Position numbers and translations under genes: made by a program. Positions 13,247 through 24,440 of a stretch of 64,000 nucleotides of DNA are shown in pieces; within the stretch, counting starts at the first letter, position 1, and the number at the start of each line of letters is the position of its first letter. Origin of the DNA: Schizochytrium sp. TIO01 (taxonomy: Eukaryota; Protista; Bigyra: Labyrinthulomycetes). The DNA is taken from the NCBI GenBank assembly GCA_004764695.1, contig SMSO01000006.1, positions 1,689,859 through 1,753,858 of the forward strand, in the 5' to 3' direction. The notes under the pieces are model-generated. The model had not been told where the DNA came from. It did not search any database and saw nothing but the letters and a program-made list of their open reading frames with translations.

Positions 13247-13247
<1 letters not shown>

Positions 13248-13715
13248 CGAGCCCCGTGGGCTGCAGATCCTGGAGAGAGGGCTCGAGTCGCTAAATCCCG
13301 CTGCGAAATCCCAGAGCGGTAGTGCCTGCCGATGGCATTGAGCGGCACCAGCAACGGCAAGCCCGGCGAGCCCGACGTCATCGCCTTCTTCCAGGCCGCT
13401 TTGGTCCGCGCGAACACCGCCGACATTGGCGAGCTGGCTGAATGGAGCAGCAGCTTCTAGCTAGCTAGCTGGCTAGCTCGCGAGGCACTCACTCACTCAC
13501 GCACTCACTCACTCACTCGCCCAGGAACTAATAGTTGGCTGGCGGAGCTCCTCCAATTGGACTTGGGCATCCCGGGACGCTCGAGCTCGGAGGCTGGGAC
13601 CTTCGGCTCCTCCAGCTCAACCCGTGTCGCCCCGCAACGCGAAGGCGCAGCAAGTTGAACCAGCTTGGAGGGATCAATCAGTTTCGAGTCTATTCGCCAA
13701 TCCGCCGATCAGAGA

Positions 13716-13775
13716 ATTTGAAGTTCAAGTTCGAATTTGAATTTGAGCTTGAATTTGAATTTGAGCTTGAATTTG
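13716..13775. repeat. Degenerate hexamer repeat (TTGAAT/TTGAGC)
   Basis: GAATTTGAATTTGAGCTTGAATTTGAATTTGAGCTT visible. Confidence 0.8.
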
Positions 13776-14757
13776 GAAACCCTACCAACATCTTTTTACT
13801 ATTTTTGAACTTTTTGATTTCGATTTTGATTTTTGAATATAGAGAGAGTTTTAATTTTGAAGAATAGTAATTTTTTTAAGTTTTTTTTTTTTTTTTTTTT
13901 TTTAAATAAAATAAATAGTATGATGTACTTTTACAAAGCATACCTTTTCTTTTTAAAGCAAGACTTCTTTGTACTACCTAGCTCTCAGTAGAATCTGCCT
14001 ACTTTCAAAAGTTTAAATATATAAATCAAGCTCACAAAGAGACTATACCAAACCAAACCATACCAGACCATACCATGATGGAAGCGGTGTCGAAGCTGGA
14101 AAATCCGTCGCAGAGAACCAGAATTCAGGCAAGCTCGGGTCAGATCGCCTGTCTGGAAACCATCGCCGTCTTCATCGCCGTCTCCGCCGCCATCCTCGCC
14201 TCTTTCGCGCCGCGCCGCTTCGGACGAATCCGTCGTGCTAAAACGAGGCTTTTCGCAGGGAACGCACCTGTGAGAAGCCTTCAAAGGCGCGGCGCAAGAA
14301 TCCCGAAAAGTTCTCGAGCGAAGGCGGAGGCAGCGGTTTCGTTGGGGCAGAGACGCCGCAGAGCCGAGCGAACTCGAAGTTGAACTGCCTTGCGAGACAT
14401 GGGCAGCTTCGAAGTGAACAGCCGCAACGATGTGTGATCTTCGAACTGTTTCTTGCTTCTGAGAATGACTTGTTGCCGTAATTTGTATTTACTTGTTTAT
14501 CTATACTTTCTAAGATAATAAATACTTTATTTTAAAATTGAAATGAAACGAAACGAAACAAAACAAAACGAAACCAAATCAAATCAAATCAAATCAAATC
14601 GTTTGTGTAGCAGTATTTTTGGATTGGAAACGGTCGATGAAAACCTTCGTTTCGGTATTTATGCTGCTCTTGCAGTACTTCCGCGCACGGTAATGAAAAG
14701 GCGCAAAAGCTCGTGCACTGCCAAAAAGAGCGCTCTTATCTCCTTCTCCAACCTGGC

Positions 14758-14793
14758 TTGAGTTGAGTTGAGTTGAGTTGAGTTGAGTTGAGT
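14758..14793. repeat. (TTGAG)n pentamer microsatellite
   Basis: Directly visible. Confidence 0.9.
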
Positions 14794-16865
14794 TAGCTTA
14801 TTTGCTGCTATTTACCTATTTTATTTTAATTTAATTATAAAAATAATATAAACAAAAACATCAAAATTAGCAAAAACAAATATTAAAAACAACAAAAACA
14901 GAGAAAGGTTGGTTAAAGAGCGAGGGCGCAGCTAGGCACTTAGGTAGGCACTCCTACTGCTACGCACGCCTTTCAGAAGCAGTCAGTTAGTTGGTTGGAA
15001 ATCGTTTCTTTCTTTTATAAAAGCCAAAAGACCGAGATGGAAGAAAGCACTTAGTTTCAAATCCGTCTCTTTCTTCTCATTCCCAGGGGCGGCGAATTCG
15101 CTCAAGCTGGCCTGGAAAAGGACAGCAGGCGGCCTGAGATCGCGGTGCCTCAGGCCGCCTGTGCGGCGGAAGCGGGCGAACGACGGAGCAGGCGGCGGCA
15201 TACCTCAAGCAGAGAGGGAACGGCGGGCTTCGAGCTGCAGCGGGCGCGAGCTTAGTAGGCACAACTTCGTTCGGGACGCGAGCGCGTGCGTTGCGAGTCC
15301 TCCGCTATAAAGCTAAAGCCAGTGAGTTAACAGTTGAGTCGGGTTGGTGAGGGGAAGGAACACTGGGTACAGCTAGCTATAGGATAGGGATGCGGAGCCC
15401 CCTGCAGCGCAAAGGTGCGGTGAGGTACCGAAAAGCTATCAGCTTTGGTATGATATAGGGGTGTGGGGAAAGGGTTCCCACATGCGGCCGGGGAGCGCAA
15501 AGAAGAGCCATGTGCAGCTTGCGCTGCCGCCAGCTGTGGGGTCTCCCGCAGGCGGAGAATGATGGCTCCGAAAGCTCTCGACGATCGTGCTGCAGCTGCG
15601 ATTTCGTTCGAAAGTTGGACGATGATGGTGATGACGATGATGATCGCGCTCTAAGCCCGCAGATGTTTCTGTTGCAGCGATGGACGCCAGATCTATCCAC
15701 CAACCCTTCGAAAAGGGAACGGTCAAACCTCCCTTGGCCTCTTTGAGACAGCCAGCTGAGGTGCTGTTGCGCAGGTAAGTAGGTACATCCTACTATTTTC
15801 CCTTGTTCTTCCTTTTTTTTCTACTTCTTTTTAATATGTACTTAGCGGTTGCCCAGGTTGAAGAGGTAGCAGTAGGTGTCTTATAATTTATTTCGTTTCA
15901 GACGATGGTTTGGGTTCGGGTTGTTTGCCAACTCGAGAAGGCGAAGTAAGAGCAGATAGAAATCGGAAAAGAAAGGAAACGATCAGAAACAGGCAAATAA
16001 ACGAACGAACGAACTAATTAATTTTAATTAATTTTAATTGCAACTTAGTAATTAATTAATTAATTAATTAAGTGAATAAATAATTAAATAACTGACTGAC
16101 TGACTAACTGCTGAAGAAGTGCTGCTCGCTCGTACAGCAAAGCGCTCCAAGCTGCTGGTTTTCCGGGCCCCAGGACTACGAGAAGTTCAGGGCCGCAAGC
16201 GATGGCATCGACGGTCGCTTGGACGACCGACGGGCTCGGAAACCAAGGCTTTCAGGCTCCGAAGATCCAAATTAAATAAAATCTCAAGATATCAATCACT
16301 CGATCAATCAATCATAATATCAACCGATCAATCAACTAATCATAATATCAATCAATCGATGCTTAAACAGGCTTGAACACGGCGCCTCTCACTTGAGGGG
16401 CCTTCGTAATGGCGACTTTGGGAAACCGCGATACTGAAGAAAGCGCGTCGCTGTTCCTGAGGGTTTAAGGTGCTTCTGGTTGACTGTTTTCTTTCCTTTC
16501 TCAAACAAAGTAGAAAATAGCAAGATCATCGAAAGCGCAAGTAATCTTTGTTTTGTTTTGTGTTGTTTTGTTTTGTTTTGTTCTGTTTTAAGCTTCAGTG
16601 TTTGTCTCATGGACGCGAGATGGGCGGCGAGGATGGCTTCCCTTCCATGGATCAAGTCGCTTGATCCACGACGTGTGTGGATCTTGCTTTGAGCTTGATT
16701 TTGAGCTTGGTCTTGAGCTGATCTTGAGCTTGAGCTTGAGCTTGAGATTGCGAAGGCCAGCTGATTTGGAGCCTCAATCGATCTGACGAGCGAGTGACTC
16801 GAAAAGAGAGGCACGGGAAAACGGCATATCCTTCAGGTGCCGTGCTGGATTGGTCGGACGGTGTT

Positions 16866-16870
<5 letters not shown>

Positions 16871-16900
<30 letters not shown>

Positions 16901-17000
16901 TTGGAAAGACAGGGATTGGAGTGCGGGAACGAAGCAATGAATGAATGAAGGAATGAATGAAGGAATGAATGAAGGAATGAATGAAGGAATGAAAGAATGA
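16871..17000. repeat. (GA)n followed by (GAATGAATGAAG)n
   Basis: Directly visible compound repeat. Confidence 0.9.
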
Positions 17001-17103
17001 AGATCTTGCGAATGTCTTTCCAAATACTCAAGCGAAGCAAACTGTTGAATAGGCGTTGCTCGGGCCTCAAGGGTTCATCGACCAAGCCGTGCACTCGCGC
17101 GAA

Positions 17104-17149
17104 TTCGAGTTCGAGTTCGAGTTCGAGTTCGAGTTCGAGTTCGAGTTCG
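17104..17149. repeat. (TTCGAG)n hexamer repeat
   Basis: About 7.5 perfect copies. Confidence 0.95.
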
Positions 17150-20117
17150 CGTGGAAAGCTCAAGTCTCAAAGAAGACACACGTGCTGCTGCTCTCTCTGG
17201 CCGTGATTGATTGCAGTTGGGGAGGGGTGTGCGCCAGCTAAGGATTATTAGCTAACCCAGGTGAGCATTATGATTTGAGGGGCTTCGCTGATGCTCGTCA
17301 TTCCCGCCATTGCGATTATGACGGCCATCGTGGATGGGTCACGATGGTTACTTGAATGAAAGCGAAGCGTGGGCATCTCAAGAGTCGGGATTCAATCCAA
17401 GAGCCGAACGACCGAACCAATCCCCGGAAGGGAGGGAAGGAAGGAAGCAGCACTCACTGTCCCCGCGTTCGAAAGCGCTTCAGCTCGAGGTGGCCTTGGC
17501 TTGGCTTGGCTTGGCTTTGGAGAAGAGAACCGAAAATATTGAAACTGACCTTTGAGGTTTAAATCTTTCCTTGTCTCTGCTAAGGCAATGGTAGTGATTA
17601 CTGCAGTAGTGTTGGCGCGTACTTACAGAGGGAGTTCCCACTTGAATTCAAAAGAATTCAAACGACACACGCAAAGGTGAATCAAATCGCTGTTGAGCGC
17701 CATTTCAGAAGCGCTTTGCCATCCGAGTTTGGGCCCTCTGCGGCTCGCGCGAGGGGCTCGAAGATGGGCAGACAAACGCACGCAGGCACGCAGGAAGGCA
17801 GGAATGCAGACAGACATTCGCTCAAGGTCACCAGTGCGTGGCGCTCGCTCGAGGCTGTCCGTGGCTGCGGATTTTTGAATTCAAGTCAAGGCCGTTCCGC
17901 ACCAGACGGGCATGGTGAGGGAGCGCCGTGGCATGTTGCGAGGAAAGCAAGCTTTGGCTTCTTGACCAAGAACTCGGTGGCGCTCCGAAGTCACAAGAAC
18001 GCTGAGTGAGGTGCTGAGGTGCTGCGCGGGCCCTGCGTCGAATCTCGAAACCTGCAGGCGTACGAGCATGCATCCATGGATACATAAATTTACATTTACT
18101 CATGCATGCATGCATACATACATAAATACAGGCATGCGGTACGTCCAGATCGTTCGTTCGCCGCACGCATTCGATGGGGCCGGCCTCTTCTGCTTCAACT
18201 TCGAGCTCACTCGCCGTCGCTGGCGATGAAATGCAATCGATCATCGTGATGCAGTGCGGCATTGCAGGTTGATTACAGAGGAGCAGCAGCGCCTGCTGAC
18301 CCCCTCCCCCGTTCACCCCCTTTTGATACACAACAGGCAGGTCCAGCCAAGCATCATTCCCTGCAATCAATCAGGTCTCGAGCCGATTGTAAACGGTCTG
18401 TGATGCTGTCCTTCGCTGTCAGAAACAGTGCGCATTCTACGCCTTTTGCTCGTTCAGTCTGCTCAGAGTTAGCGCTTCTTCTCCATGGATGGAATGGCAA
18501 ACAGCTTACAGGCGGAGGCAGTCGTCCGGGAGACGGGGGCCTCCTATGCTTTACCCTAGGACTGACTAGCGCGGACGGACGCTTGGGAGATCGGCCTTAG
18601 GACAACGGCGGGTCAAGAGGCGGCGAAGGACGAGCAGAGAGTAACAGATGAGAGGCCGATGGAGAGAGGCGGAGACGAAGATTATGGTCAGGAATGTTGA
18701 AGAATTTTGAGGAGGCTGGAAACTCATTTCATTTCATTTCATTTCATTTCGTTTCGTTTCGTCACTCCCGAACTCATTCAAGGTTTAGAAAGAAAGCGAT
18801 TCGATCACTTGGCCGAACTCTGAAAACTTTGGGTCAAAGCCGTCGGCTGCTTTTTGCTATGGATGTTGGTGTTGTTGTTGATGATGATGATGATTCTTTT
18901 CGAGTTTTCTGCTAAATTTCCTCTTACGGAGGAGCCGTCGTTTAGTTGAGCGCTGTGATAGGAATTGCGAGCTTTGAGATGCGGCTGAATTTGGGAATGG
19001 CCAAATGAATGTGCGATACGACTTCAAGGTTGGCATTGGCGAACCTACGGGCATGATTAGTTGGAAATGAGGAGGGGGCGCAATCTCAGACGAAGCGGAG
19101 CTGCTCTTTCACAATGTCTTCGAGATCTCGATGTGCGATTCCTGCAAAAGATCGACATTTGCGCTTTTGAATGCCTGCTTGCTTACGAAACCCCCCATTC
19201 GCAAAGATCTCATTCCCAAACGAGCAGCTTATTAGGAATAAACAGATAAATAAATACATGAAATCCAACGCAATGCAATCTGGAAACACCGCCATGAAGG
19301 CGCTCTGCGAATCAAGGAGGCTAGCGATCTCATCAAACGATCAGTCTTCGAGGTCGTCGCGGTCTTTCTTGAGCGCGAACCGCGCTAATGATGCATTTCT
19401 TTCAAAGCTCACATGATCTATCTATAGAACGTCATCCTTCTTCGTCCTCCAGGTAGTACCTACTAGGTAGTACCTACGGTGTATGTGCAAACCTGGAGAA
19501 CAGTCAGTCAGTCAGTTTGTAGGTGAGACAGTTAAGAGATTTTCTATCTTGATGTGGTGGTATAACGCTAAGAGGTGCTAGCCCCAGCAGTGGACAGGCA
19601 GAGGGGACTGAGGGACTCTGTACCGGGGAAAATGGGAACTTGCGGGGCAGAACCAGCTTCTTCCAACTGTGGACTGTGGTACTTCCAAGTGCCGCTTCGT
19701 GGCTGTCCGCGGACGCTTCCCAGGAAAGCGCTACTCTCTTTCTTTCCCTTTCTTTCTTTCTTTCTTTCTTTTGGCTTTGAAAGCTTTGGAGACAGTGCTG
19801 CAATTATTCATCTGCGTTTGCAGGGTTTGAAGGAACAGCGATTTTCTTACTTACTTCCTCCCTGCTTTCTCACCAATTGCTCTTAGTTCACATGCACGAC
19901 GAATGAAGGGGAAAAACCATTCATTTTTCTTTTCTTTTCATTGTATTCTAATTTTAACAAATAATAATAATAAATAATAAATAGTAACAAAACTTCTTAC
20001 TCCATAGAAAGCAGTATGGACGTACGTAGTGATCGTTGCCAACTTACTTTCGCATCACTTGAAAACTGAGGACATTTCATTTACAGAAATGGCGCCTCCA
20101 AAAGTAGAAAGAGAACG

Positions 20118-20176
20118 GCATTGCATTGCATTGCATTGCATTGCATTGCATTGCATTGCATTGCATTGCATTGCAT
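20118..20176. repeat. (GCATT)n pentamer microsatellite
   Basis: Directly visible. Confidence 0.95.
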
Positions 20177-21352
20177 TTTGAATTGCATTGCACCAACGAA
20201 CTTGAACGAGTTTCAACAACAACAACAACAACGACAACAACAATAAGAAAGAGAAGAAGAGTGAGTCCTACTCGAGGCCTACGGAGCCGCAGTTTATGAT
20301 GTCGAGGCTTCTGCTCGTCGGGAAAGAAAGCGACGGCCGCGGCCCTGTCTACCTACTTGTTTCAAGCTGATTCGGTCTCCTGCGAAACGTGCCTGGCTCC
20401 TTTAGCCTTTGTTATCGCGATTGTTTTAGTCTGTAATTTATTGCTTTATTCTATTTTGTTTATATATTTAAGTCAAGTCACCGTTATCAGTGTTATCTTT
20501 TGTAGAATATTGAAAATAAAATACTGTTTTGTTTTTTGTTTTTATTTTTAAAATTTAATAAGTGAAGGTTGGAGAAAGAAATCAATCAATTAATCAATCA
20601 ATAATCATTCATAGAGATCATCGAAGATTGAATTGGGCGATCAAATTCACTCTCGTTCTCTCGTTCGCGCTCGCGTGACTGCCTGGCCGCGCTAGCTCGC
20701 TACGAAGCAAAAGACACCTCGCGCTCGCTCCCGGCAGGACGATAAGTCTGCCGCCGCAGGTCGCAGCAGACGCTGAGGTACTCGAGGACGGACCGCCTGT
20801 GAGCAGGCAGCGCCATCAGCGAAGGGACGCCGTACCTCAAGTAAGCAAGCAAGCAAGCAAGCAAGGGAAACGGCACTAGTACGAAGACTGCCTCGAGTGG
20901 AGAGAGCAGCGAAAGACACTCGGGCCTGTGCCGCGCCACCTTTGACGAGGCTTGGCTGCCAGTCCTTCACGCGGGGCTGTCTCGAAAGGCGCGAGGTTCT
21001 TCGTGCGTCATTTCATTCATTCATTCGTCTTCTCTGGTTTTGGGCCCTTTTTTGAAAAGCTTCAGAAATTCTTTCGTCTCGTTTAATTTTGGAAATAAAA
21101 TTAAATTTAATTTAAAAAAAAAAAAAAAAAGTTTGGGGAAAAGGGAAATTGAAAGAACTCTCTAGCTAGCGAAAACATTTTTTTTTTATTTTTTTAAAGT
21201 TTAGAGAATAAGAGGGGAAAAAAGGAAAAAGGAAAAAAAGAAACGCAGCTGCTGGAGCAAAGAGGCAAAACCGGAATTGGGCAAAGCTCACGTGAGATTG
21301 CCTTGAAGGCAGATCAAGGCGTGCTCGAAGACACAAACTAATCACAGGCAAG

Positions 21353-22747
21353 ATGTGTTTGATGCAAACACCGCAGGATATGCTGACGCGGAGCTACCGC
21401 AAGTCGCTCGCGCAGTACAACAATAGCGCACGGAGGGGCAGCAGCACGGGTCTGCCGCTGCTTGGCTCCAATGCAACGCTCCCGGCGTGGCTTAACTCGC
21501 AGTCACAACAGCACCAGCACCAGGACCAGGACCAGACAAACTACACCACCTCGAGCAGCAGCTCGGCTCCTTCAAATGCTAACAGCAACAATATTCTAAG
21601 CTCACTCCTCGCACAACTCCAGCAGCAGCAGCAGCAGCCGTCCGCACAGCAACAGCAACAGCCCAAGCCGTACCAGGACCTTCAGAGCGCGGCCCCTTTC
21701 TACTACAACAGCAATGCACAATTTCAGCAGCACCAACACCAGCAAAATAACCTCATAGCAAGGCCACAACAGCACCAGCAGCACGAGTCACCTGTGGCGC
21801 TCTTACACGAGCTTCTTATGCGCCAGCAACAAATTCAACAGCAGGAATTGCAGCAACAGCAGCTCCGCGAAACCCTCTTGCATGACCTTCTCCATAGTCA
21901 AAAACAGCAAGAGGAAGAACAGGAGCAGGAGCGCCGCCGCAAGGAGGAGCAGGAGAAGAGCGAAGCAGACAATGCTCTTGCTCGATTCTCCACTATGCTT
22001 GCCCAGCTCCGGCAAGCAAAGGTTGTCGAACCCATCTCCCAAGTTACTCTTGAGAAGGCAACCGAGTCCGTCATTCGCCCTGTGAATAACAATGACAACA
22101 GTACCACGTCAAACACAACCTCTGTAGTAAAACACTCCGCTCCAGTCACTTTGAAATTAGAAGAAAAGACCCCCGCCTTTGAGGCCAAAAACATTGATGC
22201 AGGTGAGACCAAGAAGAAGAAGCGCGTCAAGAAGAGACCCTCGCCCAGCAACAACACATTACCTATCCCGTCAAGGTATCGCGGTGTGTCCTGGCATCGC
22301 CGTGATAAGGTATGGCTCGCTCGTGTTTGGATCGACGGTAAAATCCGCCACTTGGGTTGCTTCAAGCTTGAAAAGATGGCCGCCATGGCTGTTGATCTCC
22401 GTCACATTGCCCTTTTCGGCGAACACGGTCGCGCACTGAACTTCCCTAGCCGTGCTGAGCGAAACCGCCTTATCAAAGAGTTCAAGCAGCGTGTTGACTT
22501 CAAGCTTCAGGATGCTCTTGACCAAGCTCAGGCCCGCATGGCCGCCGACGGAGACTCCTCTGAACTCCAGTCACCTATTGATTCTCTTCATGAAGACAAG
22601 GCCACTGATAGCGATGCCATGTCCTCTACCTCCGACGCAACGCAGGAGATCACAACTACACACAAGCGCAAGCTCAGCGAAATCAGTCATGATGATGAAG
22701 CTGATGCCGATGCTGCTGCTCGGGCAGCAAAGAAACTGCTCAACTAG
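21353..22747 (+). CDS. AP2/ERF-domain transcription factor with poly-Q N-terminus (464 aa)
   Basis: AP2 domain YRGVSWHRRDKVWLARVWIDGKIRHLGCFKLEKMAAMAVDLR...LNF, NLS-like KKKKRVKKRP, and a Q-rich activation-like region. Confidence 0.9.
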   Translation: MCLMQTPQDMLTRSYRKSLAQYNNSARRGSSTGLPLLGSNATLPAWLNSQSQQHQHQDQDQTNYTTSSSSSAPSNANSNNILSSLLAQLQQQQQQPSAQQQQQPKPYQDLQSAAPFYYNSNAQFQQHQHQQNNLIARPQQHQQHESPVALLHELLMRQQQIQQQELQQQQLRETLLHDLLHSQKQQEEEQEQERRRKEEQEKSEADNALARFSTMLAQLRQAKVVEPISQVTLEKATESVIRPVNNNDNSTTSNTTSVVKHSAPVTLKLEEKTPAFEAKNIDAGETKKKKRVKKRPSPSNNTLPIPSRYRGVSWHRRDKVWLARVWIDGKIRHLGCFKLEKMAAMAVDLRHIALFGEHGRALNFPSRAERNRLIKEFKQRVDFKLQDALDQAQARMAADGDSSELQSPIDSLHEDKATDSDAMSSTSDATQEITTTHKRKLSEISHDDEADADAAARAAKKLLN

Positions 22748-24191
22748 ATTATTGCACACACAAACAAGCGTTTCTGCTTCCTCTCTGTGAATGACCACCT
22801 GCGTAGTAGAACCAAGTTAGTTCTTCTACACTTTCCCCATGATTTCAATCAAATACACAATTGTCCCCATTCCTTATCAAAAATACAACCTCATGAACAT
22901 CTGATACCCATGTCTGCTTCGTATACTTACGTACTACCACATTATTTTTTTTCTTTGCATTACTTTCATTACAATTTTCTTACTTTTGTTGATTTATTTT
23001 TTTATTCTTCTTCGGAATTAATGGGTAGGGAGGTATCCAGATTCCACAGCAAACCAAAGCATGGTGCTACAACAGCAGCAAACGTTGTATCGCAATTTTT
23101 GAAGTTTCTTGGAATTGATGCCTAAAGGGCCAATATGATCCGTTTTAAGCCAGTAAAGCACTCTTCGTAGACATGGTTATTTGAGAAAGGTGCAGAGAAG
23201 CACTTGCTTACTTTCACTTAAAGCATAACGTCTTTTGCTATTTTAGAAAAGGGAGATTCGTAAAAAAAAAAAAAAAAAAAAAAGATACAGCCACTTCCAG
23301 TTTTTCAAAATACTGAGATTCATATACAAAATGCGACGCTTGGAGAGACGATAACCGAATGACTGATTGACTCCATCTCTTTTCAAAACGAGGAAATAAG
23401 ATGTAAGAGTCACCTAGAATCCTTTTTGAGGGTTGAGAGTCAAGCATTTAATGATGTTCACCATAAGATTGTGTTTCGCTTCTGGGGTAAAGCGTTTGAT
23501 AGCGTCAACCCCGAGACTTTCTCTCAGGTGGTATTATTCTTTGAGGGAAATAAATAATAGTCATGTTCACTTGTTGCGGTAAACTGAGACAGTTGTTGAA
23601 ATTTACGTATGTTATTTTCAAATTGGCAAAATTGACCACTTTCTTCGATATATTGTGAGATGCACTTATATTAAACGGGATCATTCAAACCAAAATCATA
23701 TATCCGCATGCAGCTTGACGATGTCAGTCGTACTTGCTCTGAGAGACTACTTACTTAATCTAGTCTTGCAATATTCAATTTAATTTAGATTATGAATGAT
23801 GAGGAGAAAATTTACAGAACAAAGAAGATGCAATTCCTTTTGAGAAGGAAAGTTTATTTTGGAGCGTACATTAAATCCATGGGCGAAACAAGAAGAAAAC
23901 AGCCATGCCTCTTTGAGTTCCCGGGAACTAAACCAAAACTAACTGAGCTACTCTATTGTCAGGTTTTCGTTATAGAGGTTGCCATGAACGTCAACAAAAG
24001 AGCTAGTGAAACTTTTATGAGACAGAAGGGTACATTTACAACACGGAAGACAGTCACACTACTGCAATAACTGGCCTTGCTTGATTCATTTTCCGATACG
24101 AGCTAAAACACGACCACAATAATGGCCTTGCTTGGTACATTTCCAATACGTGCCAAGAGCAAGCCGGGTCGGAGTGAAATAACACGGCACA

Positions 24192-24440
24192 CTAGACCAC
24201 ATCCAGGCTACTTGAAGACAACCTGCGATCCATCACCACTCGCTCACCGTCACGGCTAACAAGCTCAAAACCAGCATGTCTTTCTGCATTGAACTTCTCA
24301 GCCTCCTCAAGCTCCAGGTACTCGTGAGACAAGTATAACCTGTAATAGATGCCGTGGAAAATACCGCAGATTGACACGGCAAAAATAACCACAATCAGCA
24401 CTACCATGCCAGCCTTGTCGACACCCTCATCGATCGCCAT
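24192..24440 (-). CDS. Small single-pass membrane protein (82 aa), hypothetical
   Basis: ATG-initiated, one clear hydrophobic helix (MVVLIVVIFAVSICGIF) followed by a charged tail; not repeat-derived. Confidence 0.55.
   Translation of the reverse strand: MAIDEGVDKAGMVVLIVVIFAVSICGIFHGIYYRLYLSHEYLELEEAEKFNAERHAGFELVSRDGERVVMDRRLSSSSLDVV

Noticed and set aside
17330-17410. tRNA-like T-loop GGGATTCAATCC
   Set aside because: No acceptor, D or anticodon stems can be built.
24065-24165. CRISPR-like repeat-spacer
   Set aside because: Only two imperfect copies, eukaryotic context, no cas genes.
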